64,000 bases of DNA from Octopus bimaculoides (Eukaryota): NCBI RefSeq assembly GCF_001194135.2, contig NC_068991.1, positions 39,465,602 through 39,529,601 of the forward strand. The letters run 5' to 3'. The position numbers and the translations under genes were made by a program. The notes below the pieces were generated by a model. It did not search any database, was not told where the DNA came from, and saw only the letters and a list, made by a program, of their open reading frames with translations. Below, one piece after another: positions 27,101-39,700 of the stretch (its first letter is position 1; each line of letters starts with the position of its first letter).

Positions 27101-30100
27101 CTTTGACAGGGTCCTCTGTTCCCTTATCTGGTGGTCAGTGATGAAACTAGGGATAGATGAATGGTTAGTGAGAGTTGTGCAAGCTATGTACAGGGATGCT
27201 CTCAGTAAGCTGAGCACAGTGAAGAATTCCGGGTAGGGGTAGGGGTCCAGCAAGGATCAGTCCTCAGCCCCCTCTTATTCATCATAGTCCTCCAGGCAAT
27301 AACACAGGAGTTCAAGACAGGATGCCCCTGGGAGCTCCTCTATGCTGATGACCTTGCTCTAATTGCTGAGTCACTATCAGAACTAGAGGAGAAATTTCAG
27401 GTGCGGAAGCAAGGATTAGAATCAAAGGGCCTTAGAGTCAACCTAGCTAAAAGTCTTAATAAGTAGGAAGGCAGACAAACCACAAATCCCTTCAAGTAGA
27501 TGGCCCAGCTCAATCTGTAGAAAAGATGTAGGTAGAAACTCCATAAGATGTACCCAGTGTAAGTTATAGACACAAGAGGTGCAGTAATATCAAAGGAAAG
27601 CTAACTGGGAAGATAGTTTTTGTATGTGGCAAATATTCAGGAGCAAATAAACACTGAAAATGTGCAGAGAACAGCTTCTGTCACATTCCAGGGAGAAAAA
27701 CTACAAGTAGTTGATAGCTTCCGTTACCTAGGTGACCAAGTCAGTAGCAGGGGTGGATACTCTGAAAGTGTAGCTGCTAGAATAAGAATAGCCTGGGCAA
27801 AGTTCAGAGAACCCCTACCTCTGTTGGTGACAAAGGGTATCTCACTCAGAGCAAAAGGTAGACTGTATGACACATGTGTACGAACATGGGCCATGACTGC
27901 TGAGGACATGCGTAAGCTCACAAGGAATGAGGCCAGTATGCTCCACTGGATGTATAATGTCAATGTGCATACATGACAGAGTGTAAGCGCCCTGAGAGAA
28001 AAGTTAGACTTAAGAAGCATCAGATGTGGTGTGCAAGAGAGATGACTGCGCTGGTATGGTCATGTGTTACGAATGGATGAGGACAGCTGTGTGAAAAAGT
28101 GTCACACTCTAGCAGTTGAGGAAACCTGTGGAAGAGGTAGACCAAGGAAGACCTGGGATGAGGTGTTGAAGCACGACCTTTGAACATTAGGCCTCATCGA
28201 GGCAATGACTAGTGACCGAGACCTTTGGAAATATGCTGTGCTTGAGAAGACCCGGCAAGCCAAGTGAGAACATAACACGTGGCCTATGCCAGTGGTGTAT
28301 AACGAGCCCACTTATGAGTACAGCAAAGACCTGTTGAGGCAAGTGAAATCAAAATCGCTGATGTGAATGATGACAGTACTGCCTGATTGGCACTCATGCC
28401 AGTGGAACGTTAAAAGCACCATCCAACCGTCATAGTTGCCAGGGCCGCTGACTGACTCCCATGCCGGTCGCATGTAAAAAGCACCATTCGAGTGAGATCA
28501 TTGCCAGTGTCGCCTTAATGGCACATGTGCCGGTGGCACGTGAAAAACAACATTTGAACATAGTCGTTGACAGTGGCGCTGGACTGGCTCCCATGCAGGT
28601 GGCACGTAAAGAACACTTTTTGAGCATGGTCATTGTCAGTAGCGCCTGACTGGACCTTGTGCTGGTGGAACATAAAAGCACCCACGACACTCTCGGAATG
28701 GTTGGCATTAGGAAGGGCATCCAGCAGCAGAAACTTTGCCAGATCAGAATGGAGCCCGGTGCAGCCTTTTGGCTCGCCAGTCCTCAGTCAAACTGTCCAA
28801 CCCATGCCATCATGGAAAGCAGACGTTAAACGACGATGATGATGATGTATAATTATATATATATATATTACTCTTTTACTTGTTTCAGTCATTTGACTGT
28901 GGCCATGCTGGAGCACCACCTTTAGTCGAGCAAATCGACCCCAGGACTTATTCTTTGTAAGCCTAGTACTTACGGGTGCATAACAAAAGACCATGTCCTT
29001 TCGAGTCAGTAATTTATATATACAGTAGTCACTTAACTATTGTAGGTGTTATGTCCCAAAACACCCCGTGATAGGTGAAAATCCGTGAAGTAGAAACAGT
29101 ACTGTACTGTAAATTTTTCTGTTATTCTTTTTATAATTCGTATATATTTATGGTATTAGAAATGCAAAACAACACAGGGGAATTGACATAAATGTAAATA
29201 ATAAACTGCAATAGGTGAATCGTGATATGGTGAGGGATTACTGTATATATATATATATATTTAATATAAAATATATATCATCGTAATCATCATCATTGAA
29301 CATCTGTTTTCTATGCTAACATAGGCTGGATGGCTCGACAGGAGCTGGCAAGCTCAAGAGCTGTCAAAGTACCATGTCTGTTTTGGCATGGTTTCTATGG
29401 CTGGATGCCCTTCCTAACACCAACTACTTTATAGAGTATACTTCCACTGTTTGGACCTATCAGACAGCTTCAGTTCCTTTGTCTTTGAACCAATGAGCAT
29501 TAGCTCTGACAATGCAGCCTTCCTGTTTCACCTTGAAGAAATGGTTGAGTGCCATTCTCACCACAAGTATGTCAGTTGCGATGCCTGTACTAATCACCTC
29601 TTCTTGTTTGCTGATTAGGTCTTCCTCAAATCTATTTCTTTCTATTGTTAACTCCTTGTTAATATTGATTCTACATTAATCACCCTCTTCAGAGCAATCC
29701 ACTGCCGGTTGTTGGCAATTGCCCCATCAACTACAGCTTAACAAGTTCACTAATTTGGTCCCTGTGGTCTTGTTGGTCAGGACAAGTTCAGCTTCCAGTA
29801 ACCAGGTCTTATCTAAACTGACTGTGTAAATCACAAATTTGTGGTTCTGTGCAGCTGACCAATTTGGATTATGAACAACCTACAGTATCCCTATCTGCTG
29901 ACTTAACAAATACTCTAGATATGATCTGGATGACCTGCTGTTGTTGCTCCATGTCCACACTGGCACAACAGGGAAATCCAATTGATACTTGTGAGACAGC
30001 TGAAAGTTTCTGAGCAGGTTTCCAAGGCTTTTGCATCCCCTTTTGCTGCTATGTACTAACCCCACACAGTCCTTCTGTTCAACCAAAATACTATTCCAGT

Positions 30101-33100
30101 TCCTCACTAGTACTCAAGTGTGAAACCATTCCCAGGAATGTTTCTAGACTCCTGAAGAAATCTGGCCTTCCAGCCCCTGTTGGGGCATAAACAGTCAGCA
30201 GTCTAAAGGCGCCACCTTTGCTGCCATTCATATCCAGAACTATTACCTTGCTGTCTGGGTCCAAGAAGACTGCCTGTACCTTGAGATCTAAGGATTTCTG
30301 GAATAGCATTACTACACTGTCACCTGGCCTTTACAGACTACAAGAGGAGAATATCTTGTAGTCTTTGAAAATGGATGCTAAAGAATGCTTCCTGAAAATT
30401 CTGGTCTCTCATTAATGTTGGTCATATCTAAATCAAGTGACCAGAGATTGTTGAGCAAGTGACTTTGCTTCCAAGCTGACCCCAGGCCACACACATTCAC
30501 ACACCCCACCCTAAGCAGTCATGCTAGTTGGAGAAAGAAAAAAAAAGAGGTCACTCACCTTAATTTTTGAGAAGCCCAGATGTTCTGGCTTCTCTACTGG
30601 TGAATGTTTGCTAAAAGGCTCTTCTAAAAACCTTTCATCTATTGTTTTCCTAAAAGTTCTAACACTGTTGTCTTGATTATATGTTTGTAATAATAATAGT
30701 GGTAAAACATAAAAAATCTACACTATAGATTTTTCAAATTACTTTCATACATATACCATGATCGAGTTTATATTTTTATAATTATTAAAATTTATTTAAG
30801 TTTCCATTTCAGTGAAATTATGGTCTATGTCCTTAAATTAGTGGTAATACTTTATTATTTATACATGATGATGATCACAGAGTAGTGATAGAGTGTAACT
30901 GTAGCATTACAAACACACACACACCTCTATTAAATCGTACTATAGTGATGGTTCAGTTATTTCATGTTTTATATTCTAACTACTCTGAAGTAAGCTAAAA
31001 TTTTGACATTGCCAACTTAAACAAGGGAGACAATCCAGAACTATTTGAGATAACTCAGCTCTTTGAAGGCTGATCTGTGCACATTGTGTGTGTGTGTGTG
31101 TGTGTGTAAATGTATATAAATATATAGATATACGTGTAAGTGTATGTGTAAGAAAGAAAAACATTCCTTACCGGAAGTAGCGAAGGATTCTGAGGTAATC
31201 CTCCTGGATTCTATCTTCTGGATTATCAACAAATCTCACAACTTTGCTTTTCAGGTTTTCCTGACCACTGACATAATCATATAAGACACCATCAAAGTCT
31301 GCAGAATGAAATAATAAAACAAAATTGACAAAAATAAAATGTTAATAAAATGTAATTTCCATTGTACCATTGTATTTTAACCTAGAAATCTTGTCCTTGA
31401 AAATTTAAAGTTTATTATCAATATTATAAACTCATTAATTTTTCTCAGAATATCTCATATTTTAACATTGATTAACTCAAAGCTTCTGGTGAGATAATGT
31501 TTTCAGTTAATTCTCCGAGTTGAAATTAGTTATTAAAGTGACATTAAGATGAGTTACTAAGTGTAAGAAACCACAAAAGAGTACAGCAATTGATAGAGGC
31601 TGAAGAAACCCAGGAAAAGGGAGCAAAAATGAAGCAAATGAAGTTTGTTGAATTTGAGCCAATTTATGTTAACGAATAAATCTTTATTTAATTCCACAAT
31701 GCTAAGTTTGGCTATTTAAGGTCAATGCAAGAAGGGAATATAAAAGCAAATTACTAACATATTTATTAGGAACCTAATCAGTTTAGATGGCAAAACTAAC
31801 AATAAAAAGAAACAGATAAACTATAATGTAATATAATTAGTTCAAGTTGTGTGTTATGATAGTCATTGATTGTAGTATTTACAGTGTTAGAGACATATTG
31901 CTGAAATATATTAAGTTTTAACTCAGAATTAACTAGGCCTGAAGACAAAGTTTTAGACCTACTTTCTGAGAAGAGCTCTCACACAACACACACTTCAGTT
32001 TATCTATAAGACATGTAATGTTATAATATATCAAGTTAGCAAAATTCCAGTATAAAGTTTGCATATTTTTATCTAAAATCCTCAGCCTCTGGTGGTGGGG
32101 GTGTCATCTGTGTCCAAGGAAAAGAAACATTGTCAGTGATCAGACATCAGGATGGCTGGGTTTGTCCATCTTCAATGACAACCTCACCAAATCAAAGAGA
32201 GCCTTGCTGAACAATTGGAGGTGGTGGAGCCCACTATTATACATGTAGTGCATGAAGACATCTTGTAAAGTTTTATGAGATTAGGAGAGCAGGTTCATGT
32301 CTGGTAAAACACAGAACTGTGTACTCTGTTCAAAATGTTTGATTGATAGCTCAAGCACTCAAAGGAACCCATCATGCCTAGATTCTTTTCTGATGGGAAG
32401 TTTGACCAAGAAGCTCGACAGGAGAAATAAATTGTTATGTGTTGAGCCCATAGAGGTACATTTCTGAAGTTTCTAGAGATCATGAGCAATAAGGTGATGA
32501 CATTGTCCCAAATAGCCACTTTTCTGTTGGCTATTTGGATCAATGTCATCACCAGCATTGAGGTGCTGGACACAGTGTTCAAGCCCTGGATTAAGGAGGT
32601 GGCCCAAGAAAAACTATATATATTCCAGTAAAACTTTGCTTCCTCCCATATGGTCCTCACAACTCATGAGTGGTTTGTCAACAATTTCTATGACCACGTG
32701 AACCCTAACATGTGTTCTCCTTAGCTCTAAAGACTTGAAGCCCCTGGACAACTTCATCTAAAACATCATTGAGAGGGACAACAAACATCAGTTCTATGAT
32801 GGCCATAGAGGATGTGATGAGCAACATGAATGAAAACCACCTCCACATAGCTATTTCATGATAGCACTGAGGATGTTATTGAGGCAATGAGACCAGTTTC
32901 TGTCGTAATCTGTTTCTATAAAATATCTAGTGGAATGTGCATACTATTTTTCTAAAAACATCTTGCTTTTTTTTAGTACAGTATATGTTTGTTTCAATAA
33001 ATTTATTTCAGTTTCAGTTATGTACTGCACACTGTAAAAGGCCCATTTATCAGTTCACATGATTTGTCTTTCACAATAACATACTTAGTCTGAATAGCAA

Positions 33101-33759
33101 CAGTTCAGTTTTCATTGAACAAAAGAGATTTATAACAGGGTAGCTTTTCTTGGGCCACCTCCTTAATCCAGGGCTTGAACACTGTGTCCAGCACCTCAAT
33201 GCTGGTGATGGCATTAACCCAAATACCCAGCAGAAAGAAGTGGGGTGGAATTATACAGCCCCAGTTTACAAGGAGAAAGGAAGGATAAGGAATGTAATAA
33301 ATCATAGAAGAGGTATGTAAGACAGAAGCTCTGGGGAGATAGAAGACATTAAAATGAGAAAAGTAAAGGGAGAGTGGTACTGTGGAGATATGACAGATTA
33401 CATTGTGAAAGCTTAGTGTACAGTAACACCATGGAAATAGAACAGATTACAATGGGGAAGGTAGAGGAGCTGTAGCCCCAAGGAGTTATAAGAGTACAGT
33501 GACAAAATTAGGAGAATAGTATCACTGTGGAGATGTAACTGATTCTTTGTTATATCTTCTCAGTTATATTATCCTACCTTCATTATTACAATCTGCTATA
33601 ACTCCACACTGACAACGTTAATTTGTTAATGACCACAATGGTAATGTCCTTCAGAAACCTTTGTCAGTGTAATCTCTTATGTCTTCTTATATTTCTCATA
33701 GTAAACACCACAGTGTTATGTTGCTGTCTGATTATATAGACAAATACAGGAGTGCATTA

Positions 33760-33794
<35 letters not shown>

Positions 33795-36700
33795 ACGTGC
33801 GTGTAGAATATCACAGATTATGATGAAAAAGGTACAATAGTGGCACAGTAATGGGAAAGGTAGGACTGTTATGCTATAAACATCTCACAAACATTCAGCA
33901 ATAAAGTGTTGGGCAATGACCATTTATATATCAGATAAAATGTAAAATGCTTGTTCAATATAGCATGTATAAAAAGTCACTTTAAGAGAGAAACTTTTAA
34001 GGGTCTCTTCCACTTATGTTGTAATCTAGCTTGTCTTCTCAACAAACAAAATACTAACTTCTCACCAGATCTCTCTCTCTTTCTCACACACTCACACATA
34101 CATTAGAAGATGAGTTTTTAGATGATAATAGTTTCACAATTCATATTAATAGTTTTCTATTTCCCTATAACACTAATATCTTTACCTCCCTGTAAATATG
34201 AAAGTTTAATACTCTTAGTACACCAAGTATTTTTCTAAGGGCTAAGGGCTCTTTCACTGCCAAAGTCCTGATTCCATTCCTTGTAACAGTAGTAGTGTTT
34301 CATCTTGTATCATGGAATCTCAAAACAGGACATTGCCAACAGTGCATGGATCTGATGTTCCACAAAAGGAGAAGGACTGTCAAACAGATTAGGAGAGTAG
34401 TAGCAATGGGAAGATGTAAGAATTTATGATGAAAAAGGGAACACAGAAGGAGCTATAAAAGACTAAACAAAAAAATTAGGAAGACACAGGCATGGCTGTG
34501 GTAGGGAGCTTGCTTGCCAACCACATGGTTCCAGGTTTGTGTGTGTGTGTCTTTGTTCCCCCCCACTGCTTGACAAACAGTGTTGGTGTGTTTATGTCCC
34601 TGTAAATTAGTGGTTCAGCAAAAGACACTGAGAGAATATGTACCAGGCTTAAAAAAAAATGTACAGGGATCAATTCATTTGACTAATAGTTCTTGAAGGC
34701 AGTGTCCCAGCATGGCTGCAGTCTATTGACTGAAACAAGCAAAAGACAAAAGATAAAAGATCAGACAGTAGTACGTGAAACTATAAAATATTACAGGAGA
34801 GAGAGAGATTAGCAATGTGGAGATAAGTCATGTTATGGATGCTCACCTTCTAATGGAGTTGTAGGGGCACCATTGTGACATACTGTACACCAATTTTTTT
34901 CCATTTGCTACAGTTGTATGTGAGGAGTATGGGTTCCTGCTAATGGTTTGCCTGTCCTTTCCTTGGTATTGCCTATGTCTTTTCCTCTATCTGCCTCTCC
35001 TTTTCTCTTCCCTACCATGGTTCCTTAATTGTTTAGCATTTAAACTGGCCATATCTGGCCAAAAATTCAACTCATTTTATGTACAAACTAACCATATCCA
35101 GCTTCTCACACATATTATACAATACCATTCTAAAAATCAACAATTACATCATCAAAATCTCAAAGTTACAAGATAATGCATGATTAACTAAAAATAATGT
35201 GAGTAAATAAGGAATACATTTAACAGTGTAATCTGATTGCTAAAGAGTTAAAGAATGGTTTTTGCAAGACCACTGAATCTTGTAAAATGCTATACCATCT
35301 CAATTTTCTTTTCTTCACTGATTTTAGAAGGTCCTTATGAGAGGCTCTGTGATGCTAGATGATGTCTTGAATCCAATAATTTGTGGTTGAAGTATATGAT
35401 GACTAAGATGTTGCAGTAGCATCTCATTTCCATTGTCTGTATCTTCCTCTGAATCTCTGCTGTGAGAGTCCATGTCTCCCATGCATACAGGAAAATGGTA
35501 AGTATCAATGCATGCAGGGAAAGTGTAATTTTACTATTCAGTGATGTTCTTACCTTTCCATATTGGTTTGAGTTTGGTGAATGTAGTCATTGTCTATGCA
35601 GTTCTTGCAAGGATTTCAGGCCTTGATCTTTTACTTCCAGGTAGTTGAACTGCTACACTAACTAGTTTCTGTCCTAGTACAAGACATCTGTTGAGATGGC
35701 ACCATGCCATAGATTTGGTTTTTCTTTTCTATCACTGACTTCTATTCTAAATTTGGTGGAAGCTGTATCAAAGTTCTAGACTAATTCATTCTGTTCATCT
35801 TCCAACTGATCCAACAACATCATCAGCAAATTTTAAATTTGTGATGTCTCCCCACTCTGATACTGACTACACCCACATAGTTTCCCAAAGTATTGATCAT
35901 AATCAATTCCAGAAAGATGGTAAAAACAGTGGGCAAAAGGAAGCAGCTCTGATAGACTCCTGCAATGGCACGGAACCATTCTCCAACACTGTCTTGTATG
36001 TGTACTGCATTGGTTGCTTTATTGTTGTTCAATTTTACAAGTCAAATTCTGCCCCATGATGAACTTTTTCATTGTGGTGCATAGAGCACCATGTTGATCT
36101 TCATGATGAAAGACTTCTGTAAAGAGCTTCATGATGTCATCACTAAGACAGACAGGATATACTTATCAATCATACAGGATGACTGGAATGTGAAGGTAGG
36201 GAAGAATACCCAAGGTGACTGGGGGGAATTTCATTGGCCCCCTCATGTAATGACGTTTCAAATGAGAGGGAATTGCACCTACTGGAATTTGCTAGTTATA
36301 ACAACATGATGCAGTCAAATACTGTTGGTAAGTACAAAGCATCCTATATATGGCATGCCCTCAACAGACCACACCAAAATAGACTAATTGTTTTAGTACA
36401 AAAATGGTTAAAAACCGATGTAAACAAATGAAAGACAAGAACATCTTCATGAACACAAGTAGGTGGTGACCGTGATTGAGTCATAATGAACTTCAAGGTG
36501 CTCTTGAAGAGAATCAAAAAGCCAAAAAATAGCTGGCTGAGATTCAGCTTTATAAAACTTAAAGACCCCTTGCTTTTTCTGAATGATTTAGTGGAAAATT
36601 TGCATCATTACTCCTCCACAAAGACCAACACTACATCGGCAATAAGTGAAGTTCTGAAGAAAAGCCATCACAAATCCAAACCACAAAATATTAGACATAT

Positions 36701-39700
36701 ATGACAAAAGGAACTAGAAGAGGATAAGAACACAGCAGAGGGGAAAACAAATATAAGACAATCAATCAATAAGGAAAATTATAAGGGAATAAAAGAAGCA
36801 AAACAAGGATAGTAACTGAACAACAACACCATCAACATCCTCCTCCTCCTCCTTTTTTAATGTTCATTTTTCATGCTGGCATGGATTGGACAGTCTGACT
36901 AGGGCTGACAAGCTAGGGAGCTGCACCAGGTTCCAGTCTGATTTGGCTTGGTTTCTACACCTGGATGCCCTTCCTAATGCCAACCACTTTACAGTGTGTG
37001 CTGGATGCTTTTTACATGTCACAGGCACAAGACTCTTGCAGGCCAATCCTCTTCATCAGGGTGAGCAGCCTTAACACTTCTGCTGTGGAGGACAGTTCTT
37101 TTTGAGTACAATGAGGTGCCAGATATCCCGATCCTTTGTCATCTTCTCTTAAAGGTTCAGTATCCTGAGGTCATCTTACAGTACTTTGTCACAATGTGAA
37201 GATATTGATGGTAGTGTTTCTAGTAACAACATGTAACTGGTTACAATGAGAAAGATAGGAAGTTAATAGTAATGGGAAGATATCAACAGATTACAGCTAG
37301 AAAAGTGTTAGTGTGGATGTGTTCTAGATTACAGCAAGAAAAAGAGAAGGACAGTAGCATTGAGGAGATTGATATCTTATAATAAAGAAAGGTAGAACAG
37401 CTGTTACAATGTAAATAATTCACAAAAGATGTAACAATAAATATTTTGACAAAAAGTATTTATGCAAAATATAAAGTGTAATATACAACTGAAGCTTTAG
37501 TATAGCATGTACTAAAAGTAAAGGATTTGGTCAGCACAAGCCAAACTTCTAATTCCTCGTACTGATAACAGTGCTGTTTCCAGGCTGCAAAACATAATTT
37601 CCTAATTCTTATGTTGAATTTTTATTATTTCTGTTAGTATACATCTGTTGATCTATAAAGTAGGACATAGTCAATGATGCATGGACTTGATATTCCATCA
37701 GAGAAGGACCTAATTTGTCAGCATGAGGAACTGTACAACCAATGAGTAATAATAGGGGTTAAAGAAATGACTAAAATTTTACCCTGTGGAGTAAAAATGC
37801 TTTTAACCCTTTAGTGTTTGGATTACTCTGTCAAATGTAATGCTTATTTATTCATACTGCTTTCAATTAATCATATCTTATCTCATAGCTTTGAGATTTC
37901 AATGATGTGATTACTTACTTTTAGATTAACATTGTAGGGTAGGTGTGAGAGGCAGGATCTGATTGGTTTGAACACAAAACAGGTAGAATATTTGGGCTGG
38001 ATATGGCCAGTTTAAATGCTAAAGGGTTAATCTTATTTTAAATGTTTAAACTATTCATTCTAGAATCCCATTTGATGGTAGGAGATTCAGGGCTGTTTTG
38101 AAAGGTATGTAGTCAGTTTTCTGTTGCCAAGAACAAAAACTGTCATCATGAAATTGAAGAATGTCTAACGGGAAGACAGTAACATTGAATTGATATGGCA
38201 GATTACATTCATAACGATAGGACAGAAATACTGTGGTGATATAAGAGATTTACAGTGAAAAAAGTAGGAGGACAGTAGCACAATGAAGATATTAGAGATT
38301 TACAATGAGAAAGATAGGGAAACAGTAGCAGTGTGAAGATAGAACAGATTACAGAGTAATTTGTATCAAAGAAGACAGAGAGAGACATGTAAATGAGCTG
38401 ATAAAATATCCGATATTTTGTCTGGTGACTCATGTGTCTGAATGTTGAAATCAATCTATATAGGTGAAGATTAATGGAAAGGTCATTCCAATAATAAAGA
38501 AAAGCAGGTCAAGAATGATGCTCTCAACAGTGTCAGAATTGATAAAGATCTTAATATAAAAGAGTGTTACAATTTGGCAACTACAATAATATAGCTAAGA
38601 CATTTATATATCAATGATAGAATCTTCACTAATATTCTAATCAATATTGAGTCGATAGCATTTACATGGCAATATCAGGGACTTTTGTTAATGCATATAT
38701 TGACTACAGGATAGAGTCTGTCATTCTGGGGAGTTAACTTACTCATGTTTAACCTACTAATGATGCTTAATTAGTCTGAACATAGTTTGTAGTGAGACAA
38801 ATATCAATATTTAAATAAAGATTTCAGGAAGAGATAGAGAGTGAAGATAATAAACAAAAAACTATGGATGCTTGTCATATTTCTGAAATAAAGATAATTG
38901 TAGGTTGTTTTTCTTTATTTTATTGGTCAGTAAGGAGAGAAAACAGTGCCAATGACCTTTCTTTAGAACCTCTGAGATTGGTGGGAGGGAGGGGGAAAGA
39001 GAGAGGGGAGAAAGGTATTTTCAAACTGGACAACTGACCTGAATGCTGGCAACAGACTAGGCTCTACTAAAAGCACCCAAGGTGCTAGGTGGTGGTTGTG
39101 CTATATCAGGTGATGGATTAGTCCTACCACCCATGTAGGTAGAAGTGGAATTAGAACTCAGAAATGCAATGAGTCAGAACACATACCACAATGCTTCTGG
39201 CCAGACTGTGTTACAAGGCAAAAGGAAAAGTAAGATTAAGTGGGATTTAAAGTTAAACTGCAGGGAGCTGGAATAAATACTGAGGCATTCTGATGCTCTA
39301 ACAACTCTGCCAATTTGTGGGTCTTATGGTAAATAAAATTCATTAACAAGATAAGATAATTAGCCAGATATTTTACAGTTAAACCACAACTGCAAAATTT
39401 TAGATTTACTAAAATATATCATATTTAGAATAAAATGCAGAAAAGCACAAACTTCAAATATATAGGTCATATTTTAATTATGCTCAACCACTATTTCATT
39501 GGCATAAAACCTCATTATTTATTTAATTATGTAATTAAGATACATAATTATTTGATAAATTTAAAAGTAATGTTTACCCAAATTGCTGGTGGTAAGGGGA
39601 AATGCACTGGAACATGCAACATGTCTCAGAATAGATTACTGTTTTTGACTTATTAAGGTAAAGGCGTACAGATTTAATTCATCTTTAGATTCTAATGAAC

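Noticed and set aside
30559-30649. 91-nt exon-like segment with tttag| and AAG|gtgagt on the gene strand, whose start phase matches exon 3
   Set aside because: It lies directly upstream of the Tx1 ORF2 start motif, so it is best explained as the ORF1 end. It has no TRNT1 homology and would frameshift exon 4.
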